Shown: positions 28,260 to 39,300 of the stretch, one piece after another
Layout: every line of letters begins with the position of its first letter
How positions within the stretch are numbered: position 1 is the first letter of the stretch
Source: Spirogloea muscicola
Taxonomy: Eukaryota
Direction of reading: 5' to 3'
Assembly: GCA_009602725.1 (NCBI GenBank)
Contig: WELB01000002.1
Span: 1,322,296-1,386,295 of the forward strand
DNA length: 64,000 bases
Translations under genes and position numbers: made by a program
The notes under the pieces: generated by a model
The model's input: only the letters and a program-made list of their open reading frames with translations
Databases searched by the model: none
What the model was told of the DNA's origin: nothing

Positions 28260-30640
28260 AACAGAAGAATGCAGCTTCTCAATTGAATGAGTGGCTGTCA
28301 AAGCCAGCGAGGTGAATACAGAGGGTGTTCATGACGATGTGGAGTGTATAGTGGGTGATGGATGTAGCCCGAATACGGGATGTATACGAGCAAGAGAGAA
28401 GGCGCGCGGTGCGCGATGAAATGAAAAGGAGAATCCGTGTATTTGAAACAAACGAAGGCCAAATGGCCAAGTACAAAGGCAAGCACAAAAGGAGGCCAAT
28501 TTAAAGTGGCGTGTACGCTGTTCAGGCAAGAAGAGCTGGTGCAGAGAGTGGGGCTACACAAAGCGGAGCCCTATGCCAGGGTGGCTGAGGTGACAGGGTG
28601 ACGCGGACCGCCCAGGGGCGCGGAGGCTGCGACGAGAAAGTGGCTCTCGCAAGGGGCCTAAGTGATTATCCTACCGGTGTATGGTTACTGTGTAATTTAG
28701 AGGAAAGGGCTCGCCCATTGAGGATAAGCCAGCCCAAAAATGAATAAACAAAGTACGAGAAAAAAACAAAGGCGCCTTCCGGCCCTTTGTTTTTGGGGTG
28801 GCTTTGCCAGCCCCTCTTCTCTATGGGCTCGTCCAGAAAGCTGGACGAGCTCTAGTTGGTGGTAGAAGGGCTTCGTATCTGACATCTAGTATTCAGGCAT
28901 CGATTAGCGACCTTTATGTTCTTTTTGGGCTGGCTTTTCCAGCCCCTATCCTCAATGAGCGAGCCCTTCTCTCTTTATGTTTTGACCCGTGGTTACTGAG
29001 CGGGTCAATCTGCTGTAGGTTATGTAGGTCTTTAGGTGTGCTTGCCTATGTACTTGGCCATTTGGCCTTCGTTTGTTTCAATGTAATGGCTTGAATTGGC
29101 CTCGCTTTGATTTCATGCGCACCGCGCGCCTTCTCTCTTCAAATACACGAAATTCTCTTCTCTATGGGCGGGCACTTCAGAAGAAAGGGCTCGCCCATAA
29201 GAAGAGGGGCTGGCAAAGCCAGCCCAAAAAGAATGGACAATGTCCAAAGCCAAAGAAAGAGATGCCGAAGAAGGACTACTCTACCAAACACAACATCACA
29301 CTAGGGAAGCTCAATACCCACGAGTAAGCAACAGCAGGTCAGAATAGCTCGATGCGGGGAAGGAGGCGCTCCGCCGAGACCCGGAGGCGGCGGCCAGAGC
29401 GCTTCTCTCTTTGGACCTTGTCCATTCTTTCTGGCCTGGCTATCTACAGCCCCTTGCCTCCGATCGTTCCTTCAGGTCAACGCTCTTCTGCCCTTTTCCG
29501 ACTATCCATGGCCCACGCCTTGCACCTGCGTTCTAGCCGCGTTCTCGTACTTTGTTCATTCCATTTTGGGCTGGCTTTTTCCCAGTCCTTGCCCCCATTG
29601 GGCGAGCCACTTCTCTCTTTTCCCAGCCCCTATCCTCAATGGGCGAGCCCTTCTCTCTCTCACTCTCTAGAGCCTTCAACGCCGCTGGCTCGTGGGCGCA
29701 AGTCTACCGTATGAGATTGTCTGTATCCCTTCAGCGGTCCATGGCCCACGCTCTGCATCTGCGTGCTGGCCGTGCTCTCGCTGCGGCCTCCGGCTTTCGT
29801 CGGGGGATAGTTTTCCAGCAGCTAGTTTGTCGGATCTGAGGCTCCTCACTCGTAACTATTGAGTGATCCATCCTCCCCCTGTTCTGACATAGCATCTTCC
29901 GACCCCTTTGTAGCTGCTCCACGTTTGTAGGCCCCTCCGAACCTTTTTCAATTCTTTTTGGGCTGGCTTTTCGCAGCCCTTGCCCCCATTGGGAGTGCCA
30001 CTTCTTCTCTAGCTGCAGCCTCTGGCTTTCGTCAGGGGGATTGCTTTCCCTTTTTTGTACCATGGGGAGCAGGCGGATGCCCATGAAGAAAGGGCTCGGG
30101 ATTGCTTTCCGGCTGCTAGTCTTTCAAATCGGCGGCTCCTCACTCGTGGTTACTAAGAGATCCATCCTACCCAAGCTCTGAGACAGCGCTTTTGGCCCCT
30201 TGGAACCTTGTCAATTTTCTTCGGGCTGGCTGGCAGTTCTTCTCACAGCCCTTGCTGACTAGAGGGTTATAGAGCGCCAACTTGCCGACGTCTTGGAGAC
30301 TAGTACTTGGGAGTGCCACTTCTTCTCTAGTACAGCGCTTCTTGGCCCCTCGGACAAGAATGAGCTGGCTGGCAGTGGAATAATTTGACAAGGAATGGAA
30401 GTTGACAAGGCCCAAAAGTAATGAACCTATAGAGCCAGCCCAAGATGAACGACGAGGTACACAACAGCGAGTGGAAGAGAAATAGCTCTTCAAATGAAAG
30501 CATGTGAAGGCGAGGGGGGAAGGCGCGCGGGGCGCATGAAATGAAAGGGAGGCCAATTCAAGCCAGTACATTGTTCAGGCGAAGGCTACGGCAGACTAAA
30601 CAAGGCTAAATATACCTAAAGTAAGGTGCCTAAGGTGACA
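28260..30640. mobile_element. Nested fragments and 3'UTRs of the CRE-like retrotransposon
   Basis: YRMRLSVSLQRSMAHALHLRAGRALAAASGFR at ~29700-29800; further copies at ~29320-29400 (-), ~29500 and ~30100-30160; hairpin modules throughout. Confidence 0.75.
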
Positions 30641-31282
30641 TCAATACCCACGGGTGAGCACAAACAAATCTGACAAGCTAACTTGGGCAGCTGGAGCGCC
30701 GCCACGAAAGCCGGAGGCCTGACTTAGAGCGCGCCCGGCACGTTGATGAAGAGCCAATGCTTGCGAGCGCTGCAAACTAAGCGAGAGCCGCATTCTGTAA
30801 TGTACAACTAAGGCCTGCGGAATGCTGGAGTGGCCCAAGCTGCCCCCCCGACTTCGACGACGCGCATCAACCAGCCGGGCCAGATGCTGGATCAGGGTGG
30901 ACCATTTCACGCCGCAGCCTCCGTAGATATCCATGGCACACGGGTAAAGATGGTCCCCTCGAGGATGATCATAGTAGTGCCGCTCCTTCTTGCGCTCCGC
31001 GCTGGACGTGGCCCAACCAGACACGGTTGACGTGGGTGCGCCAGCCTTGCATGCGTCAATCAGGACCACGTCCAGGAGCAAACGAGGCCCACCGCCCCGG
31101 GGGGTGGCGACCACGTCCAGGCGCCGCACGTAGGGCTTGCCGCGCCTTGAGGAGATGGGCATGATACCAGACACTTGCAGCGCCGGGTGGTACCCCGCCT
31201 CGCGCACAATTCCAAACATAGCATCCCTCAGTAAGTCGTGCGAGGCGATGCGCTCACCCCCCTCAAAGGGAAAGAGATGCAA
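30641..31282 (-). mobile_element. Restriction-like endonuclease domain / C-terminus of a CRE-like non-LTR retrotransposon ORF (5'-truncated, no RT domain)
   Basis: GGERIASHDLLRD (RHD-type motif); RRLDVV...LLLDVV...AERKKERHY (PD-(D/E)xK-like core); YPCAMDIYG; RLSLSLQRSQA, the typical end of CRE-clade ORFs. Confidence 0.8.
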
Positions 31283-31796
31283 ATGTTCTGCATATTAGCC
31301 TCTACACTCTTAAGACGTCACACTTTCGTGGGGGGCGCCTGTCGCTTTCTGGAGGCGACTTGCTCGGGCCACCTGGGCACAAAGAGTGGTTTCGTGCTTT
31401 TAGGAAGCTCTTCCAAGTCAAGAAAGCGCGGCCAGATTGACTAGTGGCTGGGAGAGTCCAGCCCAAAGGAATGGACAAGGTCTGAAGGAGCCGGAGTGTG
31501 AAGGACTAGGACCAGTACTCTTTGGTCTGGCTTCTCACAGAGAAAGCGCGGCCGCGCGTAAGTCAAGGTAGTGGCTGGGAAAGGCCAGCCCAAGAATGGA
31601 CAAGGTCCAAAGAGCCAAAAGGCTCCTGAACCACACAGCTGTGCACAAGACTACAGCGGAGGGGAATGGAGTGTATATTAAGAGATGAAGGGCCTGTGTG
31701 GCCGAGTACAAAGGCAAGCACATAGACAAACGTGCATCACCTGCTGCTAAGCTGACCCGCTCAGTAACCACGAGTCAGCACATAGAGGTCGCTAAC

Positions 31797-32492
31797 TGTA
31801 ACGATTTTACATGGCTGGAATGTCAATGCAGCAGTAATGTATTGACAGATGCCTGGAGACTAGACACCTCATCCGGCTGATAAGTAAATTGACTGTCAGT
31901 GCCGCAGGAAAGGCTTGACAGATGCCTGGAGACGGACACTTCACCAGGCTGGGAAGCGTGAATTCAACCTAGAGCTGAGAGCGGCGCAACCCGAAGTCGT
32001 GACGCGCGAGACAGCATGATGCTGGCGCTGGAACGGCGACGGGAGGCGGCAGCGCTGTAGACTGCCTTGACGGCGTTGTTAGCCGTATGTTGACGGGAAC
32101 GTAGACGGCGCACGATAGCCTGGGGTTAGTGACCGTCAGCTGCTAGTGACGGGGAGGACCGTTAGTATGTCAGTGGTTGCTGATGGATGGGTAGATTGTC
32201 GGTGGTAGCCCGTTGATAGCCGTCGACAGATCGTGGACGGGTCGTGAACGCTAGACTGGGTGCCAGTTATCCCACCCGGGCCCTTGTGGCCGGGCTCGCA
32301 GTCTGTTGGGCTATATAGGGGGCACCCGAGATGGGAGAGGGGGTGAGTTCTTCACCCAACCTCAGACCCCTGGACCCTTGCTCCTGCAGTATCCGTTGCT
32401 CAATTTTACCGTTGCAGCCCCATTCTAATGCCTCCCCGCTTTTCCTTGCGCCGCCGGCAGCCCGGGCTTGGCAATCCACAGCATTCGTTACA
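31797..32492. mobile_element. Solo LTR (696 bp) of an LTR retrotransposon
   Basis: Starts TGTAACGA and ends TCGTTACA (8-bp inverted termini); flanked by identical CTAAC at 31792-31796 and 32493-32497; TATA-like ctatatag at ~32311. Confidence 0.88.
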
Positions 32493-32984
32493 CTAACTGA
32501 TACCCGGATACTGGACCGCAGTCGACAAGCTTTGGTGCTACCAGCTAAGGCTCAACCAGCTTTCTGGTGCAACAATGATGGAGGGGAGCTTAGTAACCCC
32601 GAAGAGCCTGGAAGGGCACACTTCCTCTCACAGCCATTGCCTTACAGTGGAGGAGCTGTTCTGGCCATTCGTTGGGGTCTTGGAGACAAGTGTCCTGCTT
32701 TTTGCGCCATCCGGCCCTTTCAGACCCTGTCCATTCATCTTTGGGCTGGCCTCTCACAGCCATTGCTGTCAATATCAAGAGCTTCTCTCTTTCCTTCGGA
32801 AGAGCTCACTTCTCACAACCATTGCCTTATATAAGGAGCTGTTCCTCCCTGCCGCGGCCGCCTGTCGCCACAGTTGCAGGTGAGTTATCAGTGCACCAGC
32901 TGACTTACAGGACATCTGCAGGCGGACCCCAAGGGGCCAGCTCGTTTGAGCTCGGCCCCTTGGGCCTCCCCCCCCCGAAAAGAG

Positions 32985-33290
32985 AAAGAAGTGGCACTCC
33001 CAATTGGGGCAAGGGCTGCGAAAAGCCAGCCCAAAAAGAATTCACCAAGGTTCAGAGGGGCCTAAGAGCGGTGAGCAGCTACAAAGGGGCCTGAGGATGC
33101 AATGGTAAAACAGGGGGAGGATGGATCACTCAATAAGTACGAGTGAGGAGCCTCAGATCCGACAGACTAGCTGCCGTGAAGCTATCACCCTGACGAAAGC
33201 CAGAGCCCGCAGCGAGAGCACGGCCAGCTCGCAGATGCAGAGCGTGGGCCATGGACCGCTGCAGGGATACAGAGAGGCGCATCCGATANA
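32985..33290 (-). mobile_element. Young 3'-end copy of CRE-like element
   Basis: Reverse complement encodes RMRLSVSLQRSMAHALHLRAGRALAAGSGFR; nearly identical to 29700-30010 and 35763-35963. Confidence 0.8.
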
Positions 33291-33959
33291 TACTATAAGT
33301 ACCAGCCCTTGCTGGTTGGGTCAGATGGTGTACATGATAGCCACCCGAGTTTCAATTTGCAAACCGAATGAAATTGTCGGTCGCATTTGCCAGGCTGACA
33401 AGGCAGTCTGACGAGGCCAATATTGGCGAATGTCTCGTCTTGTTGATTACAGCACCGTCATTAAAGATAAAAACTGGCCCGACTTTGAAATTGTGGTTTC
33501 ATCTTGGCCTACAAATGCACGTTGAATAGCCAGTGCTAGAGCAGAAGCTACCCAGGGAGGTTCCAAAGAGGAGCCTAGAGTTGTTGTGGATACTACAGCA
33601 AGATTAATAGCAGACTGTCAGTAAAAACTGTTGGACAGGATGTACACGAAGCATGTCCTGAGCCTCAAAGCTCTAGGGTGGTCAAGTGAACGACCAACCA
33701 GCATGCTCCAGAGTAGCATTGCCGTTAGAAAGAATCAAGAGTGTGTAGGTTGCGGCTGATCCTGCTCTAGCATCTGCCAAGCTGAATGTGAGTCCTATTT
33801 GCTCTGGTGTTGCACCTCGCAGGCCATTTGAGGAAATACAGAGACAATATATTCTGTTACGATTCTTGCCCACACCTCAGGCATACCGCGGCTTGGAAAC
33901 ATGAGGCCGAAACTACTTTTGCTGGACACTGGTGCACCCAGTGCTCCTGGGCCGGAATT

Positions 33960-34720
33960 TGACTCCGGACGATCTACCTGTTGGTAATGATCCCCAGCGC
34001 TGTAAAGAACGTCTACAGGATAAAGAACGACTACCAGCAGCACGAGACTTTCCAGGACAGGAAAAATATGTCGAAGGTGTTGAACTACGTAGCAGTACAT
34101 GAGGGAGGGCACGGTCAGGGACGTCAAGAAGTTCCCGTTCGAGAATTTGCCCACAAGAGCCCCCTTCATAGCAATTCACGGCAACATTGTGGCTAGCAAG
34201 GGGGGCGTGAAGGTGTCCTCGATCACCAACCTGCTCCCGGCATACATGGAGGCCAGCACGCCGGCCAGTTCAACTTGGAGGACGAGACCACGCACAAGGA
34301 GTGGGAGACGTACTACTGGGCGGAAGTGGTGCAGCAAGCGCGCGCAGAACTGCATCGAGCCGGGGTTCCACGAGGACTACTGCGAGACCTCGAAAAGTGA
34401 CAAGCACTTGTTGCACATCTTTGGCGAAGCTCATAAAGGACGCCATCAAGCCTCCACACAACTCGGCGGTGATGAAGTTGTACAAGGGCTTGATCGCGTC
34501 GTTTAGAAGCTACGTCATTTCGTCAGACATGTGCAACAAGTACTTGTCGGTCTTCGAGTTCTTGTAGTACTCCTTGTGGAAGCCCGGCTCGTAGGCAGTA
34601 TTGTTGGGGTTCTGCGTGCGCTTGACCACTTCCGTCCAGTAGTACTTGTCCCACTCCTTGTGCATGTTCTGTATCGTGTCCTCCAAGTTGAACTGTCCCG
34701 CATGCTGGGCCTCCATGTTA
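33960..34720. pseudogene. Two inverted, diverged copies of an unidentified intronless coding fragment
   Basis: Frameshifted + copy 33981-34510 (...FNLED..HKEWETYYWAEVV...EPGFHEDYCETSKSDKHLLH) and - copy 34716-34517 (MEAQHAGQFNLEDTIQNMHKEWDKYYWTEVVKRTQN...EPGFHKEYYKNSKTDKYLLH). Confidence 0.65.
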
Positions 34721-35762
34721 CAGCAGTGACAAGTTGGCTCAGTGTCAAGATCTACTCCTGCTGAAGCAGTATCACCTTCACGATCCAGATTGACAATACT
34801 GCCCGACCTCAATCTCAAGTAACAGTGGACGAGAAAGTAGGTCAAAGATCCAAACAACAATTGATCTGGAATACTTCAAGCATTTGATTCCACAAGCAAC
34901 AGTCACGCTAGCAGTCTTAGGCGAAGTTTCAAGCAACGGTACAAGAAGCAGTCCAATGCAACAACAATCAAGCTTGAGAGTCCACTTCGCAAGCAAAGAA
35001 GTGTGTAAGTGGCTAGTGAATGCAATTGTTCCGAGTACCCAAGTCAATGAAGCTTTCTGAAAGAGAACCGCTGTCTAAATGACCTGAACAAGGCTGATGG
35101 CTCGAGACAAGCAAACAAGCAGATCCTGACAGATGCAGTACACTCGAACACAGTGACAATGCTATGCGTGTAGCCGCAAGCGCACAAAAATATCAAAGTT
35201 CAGACCGCAACCTTAGCTGAGAAGATGTGTGTAATGACAGGCGATGACAGGACTATATGCAAGTCTGCTCACCGCGAGTCCTCCGAGACTCTCGCAGCCG
35301 TGCGCGGGGCCAGCTTAGATTCACTAGCTGCTGCGTGCCTTCTGCCCCAGGCTCGACGCTCTCAAGGCGCGGGCGCGGGCGCAGGCGCGGGCGTGCGGAG
35401 GGACGCGCAAGAGGGTGAAGCTGGCGAAGCCGGCATGCTTGGCAGGAGCCGCTCGCCCCCGGCTTGGGCCGCTCACGGTCACTGCAGCCATGGCCGTCAA
35501 TCTGGATCAGCTGTTTCGTTTAAGCTGGTGGGCCGGTTCTCCCTTTTGGGCTGTGGCCTCTCAGCGCTTTTCGGCTCGTCAATCTTCCGGCCCCTTCAAT
35601 CCTATTCTTTTCGGCAGTTCTTGTCGGCTCCTCTTTCTTTGGCTTGGGATATTGTCCATTCTTTTTGGGCTGTTTTGCCAGCCACTCTTCTATGTGATAA
35701 AAGATCGTGTATTAGAAAGAAATGTAGGCCAAATGGCCAGGTACAAAGGCAAGCACAAAATG

Positions 35763-35963
35763 TGATAGCTTCCCAGCAGCTAGTCTGTCGGATCTGAGGC
35801 TCCTCACTCGTACGTACTGAGTGATCTATCCTCCCCCTGTTTTACCATAGCATCCTCAGGCCCCTTTGTAGCTGCTCACCGCTCTTAGGCCCCTCTGCAC
35901 CTTTGTGAATTCTTTTTGGGCTGGCTTTTCGCAGCCCTTGCCCCCATGAGTGCCACTTCTTCT
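35763..35963 (+). mobile_element. Young 3'-end copy of CRE-like element
   Basis: Near-identical to the reverse complement of 32985-33190. Confidence 0.8.
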
Positions 35964-35992
35964 ATTCGCTCCAAAGGTACAACGAGTTCTCA

Positions 35993-36281
35993 GGGCCCAT
36001 GCACACCGGGACGGATGGACGCCGCCGCGGGGTACGTGTCACGCGGTGTATGGAGCGTCTGGGGTCAAAGTCTTGCCAAGTAGAGGCTAAATCGAGGTCA
36101 ATTTGCGTCCGTCCGTCCCGGTGTAAAATTGGCTCTCAGGGCCCATGCACACCAGGGACGGACGGCCGCGCCGAGAGGTACGTGTCGCGCGGCGTATGGA
36201 GCGCTTTGGATCCAAGCATTTCCAATTCGGGGCCAACTCGAGGCCAATTGCGTCCGTCCGTCCCTTCGTGTGAATCGGTCC
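35993..36281. mobile_element. Tandem dimer of a 143-bp PIF/Harbinger-like MITE
   Basis: Units 35993-36135 and 36139-36281, each with imperfect TIRs GGGCCCATGCACACC.GGGACGGA...TCCGTCCC..GTGT.AAT.GG.(T/C)C; trinucleotide TCA lies before, between and after the units. Confidence 0.8.
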
Positions 36282-36382
36282 TCAGACTGCGGCCGTTAAA
36301 TCGGAGCGCTCCGGCAATCGGCAACGAAACGGGCGGCGGAGGCGGCTGCCGTCACCGTTACCTACGGCGGGGCTGCAAGTGA

Positions 36383-39300
36383 CCGTTCCCCTCCCTTCAA
36401 AAGCCACCGCCGCGCCGGCCCCGTGGCCGCTCGGCGGCGGCGGCGGCGGCTGCGGCGCTGCCGCCGGCGGGCATCCTGCCGGCGGACTGGCTGGCCAAGA
36501 AGCGGGCGCGCAGCCCGGCGGTGCTGGCGCTGCTGCTGCCCCGCGACCGCATCTTCTACAGCGACGCCACGCTCTGGGCCGCAGTCTGCTCCCAAGTCGA
36601 CTCCGTCAAGTGAGCCCCCGCCGCCGCCGCCGCCGCTGCCACCGCCGCCGCCGACGCCGCCGCAGCCGTGACCATGCGTTTGCAGCGGCAGCCTCCGCCT
36701 CCTCCCCGCCATCAGGCGTGTCATGGCGACACGACTGATAGCGCGCGGCGCTCCCCCGCTGCTTCTCGCGGGGCGGCGGGCAGGCAGCTGCTCCTTGGGC
36801 GCAACACCCGGATGATTGTGCTCATGACGCAGGCCACGCTGGCCGGTGAGCGTGGCTGGCTCGCACACCGCCGCAATCGTTGTGGACGTGTAGTCGCTCC
36901 TGAGCCAGCGGCCTTGAGGTGGACACGCTGCCGACGAGCTTGTGGTTGGCGCCGGCTGTGCGGTGATGGCAGCTGAGCATTGCAGCGGTCCAGCGAGCAT
37001 CTGACGGCTTCGCGTGTGCGCCTGGCAGGGGAGGTGAACGAGGACAGGTTGTCGGCGCTGCGCAAGCGCGCGGAGGTGGAGGCCCGAGCCTGCCTGCAGT
37101 TCGTGACCGATGACCCCGGCGAGCTCAAGCGATCGCTGGCCAGGTCCGCCTGCCCGCCAACGCCTCCTGCAGGTGGCACAACTGGCGGTTGCGAGCGTGT
37201 GAGCCAGTCCCTGGCTGGCCAGAGGCAGCCGTAGTGGCGGCTTCATGACGGAGCTTGCTTGCTCACTCACCACCACTTGTTCTCAAATTTTCAATGAGCA
37301 CTTGCAAACAGGTTTGCAGCTGCGGCTGCCGAGAATGCCAGCCAGTTCTACCGCGACGAGGCCAAGCGCCTCAAGGGCCGCATGGACCGGAGAGCGCACC
37401 TCCATCCTGACCTCGCTGTGCGCTACAACTTCAAGGTCGCTCGTTCACATTCACAAGCATTTGAGCATCAAGGCCCTCTATGAAATACTTCAATTGTCTA
37501 TATGTTCAGTCTGCAAGCATGCCAGCACTCGCCCTGCTGGTGCCGCTTGACTTTCTTGGTTCATGTAGAGCGCCAACACTGTGTTATCCCTGAGGAACAG
37601 TAGATTGACTTTGGTCATGCTTTGCAAGGCTTTAGGCTGCAGATCCTGATTGCATCCAGCTTTCGCTCATGACGTGGATGTAAAGGTAGATTAGGATAAG
37701 ATGAGGCAAAGTGCCAAATTCATGTTTGCTAGACTACTCGTGGGGCATACACGCCAAGCTGAGACATTTAAGTGGTCCCTTGTCATGTGGTAGCTTGCTT
37801 GCAGGCTGCCGTGCTTGTGGAGTTCTTGCGTGACTGGGTGTCTGCTTTGAAGAATTATGAGTTTGCCTACTCGATCCTGCTGGAGGTATGGAAGGCAACT
37901 TCTGGCAGTCTCTGCATTGTAACATAGCCAACAGTTGATCAGATCACTTGTTGGGGGCAAGTACGTTGCAGCATCTCAGCCTACATCAGAAACACCGAAT
38001 GGATGAGATTCAAGCTTTGTGTTGTATGCAATTCTTGCAGTGTCGTGCACAGTCGCCTGATGATATGATGATTGCGAGATGCAGAGTCTGAAGGCCGGAC
38101 CGGCGCCACTGCCGGTGCAGAGGATGGTGGAGGTGCGGGCGGTGGCCGGGCAGCTCCACTTCAAGATCTGCACGCTGCTCCTGCACTCCTCGAGGGAGGC
38201 TGAGGCTGTGCGGCGCCAGCGAGCACATGTGGCGTACTTCCGGGCCCGCATTGGCCCCCCTGACGGCTCCTTCCTCCACTGGGCCTGGCTGTCCAATCAG
38301 TACAAGGTTTTTGCGGAGCTCGTTCAGCAGCGACTTGCTTCGGGCCTGCCTCCGCTGCCGGTGGCCAGTGGGCCTGCTGGCACTGCTGTCACGGACAGAG
38401 AGCTGCAGCCCGCTTACTACTACCAGGTACTGAGTGTCCCATTCTAGCCTGTTTCGATCTTCTTAGGCATTGGTGAGTGTCTGTATTGCAATGTCATGTG
38501 AGATGTGACAGAGCACCGCTTTTGCATGCTTCTGCAGAAGCACCATCTCTACTTTTAAAGTGATGAAAACAGTAGCCAACAGAAGCGCTCTACTTTACTT
38601 CCAATGGCACCTATGCAAGACAGGGCAGTTGGTGCCCTTCTTTCAAGGTTGCTTCTTATGTCGTTGCTTGAAACTCGGGTCAGCTGATGATTTCTGAATT
38701 CCGCGACCAGATGGCAGGCCAGTATGCAACTCAGAAACAGAGGAGCTTTGAGGCCGAGCTGGCAACCTCGGAGGCCTTTGGCCTAATTGACACAGAGGAC
38801 GTGCTATCAGGCAGCAGCGAAGCACTTGCTCCCCCCGTTTACGTGGGGCAGTCCTCTCGGCTGGTCAACAGGGGGCCGAAGCTCGAAATGCAGAGGTTTG
38901 TGTTGCGATTGATTCTCTCGCGTAGTAAAACTTCCTATGTAGCTGTTACAGGTTCTCTGTCAGACCTTTAACAAAGACAGTGCATGTTCAGATGGGCCTG
39001 CTGTCGGAGTTTGACTTCAAGTACAGGCATCCAGGGCTTGATTGAGTTCAAGCCTGACCTTTGACGCAATTTAAAATCTATCATGGGTCGCACCTTGCAT
39101 CAGGGCGTCGGAGGCGGAGTTTGTGCGCCACGCGCTCCTGGTGGAGCGCCTGGTGTCGCCCCCTCATGCTACAGCACTTGCGCTACTTACGCGCGCCCAT
39201 GAGGAGTATCGGAAGGCCGGGCATGCCAGCCGGGCCATCTTCGCACTGGGCACCGTGATGGCCCGCCTGTACTGGCAGGCCAGGGACTTTGCGAGCTGTC

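Noticed and set aside
29985..30335. gagtgccacttcttctCTAG ends as Helitron termini
   Set aside because: Other copies lack the CTAG, and the sequence is contiguous with the RLE ORF end, so a non-LTR origin explains it better.
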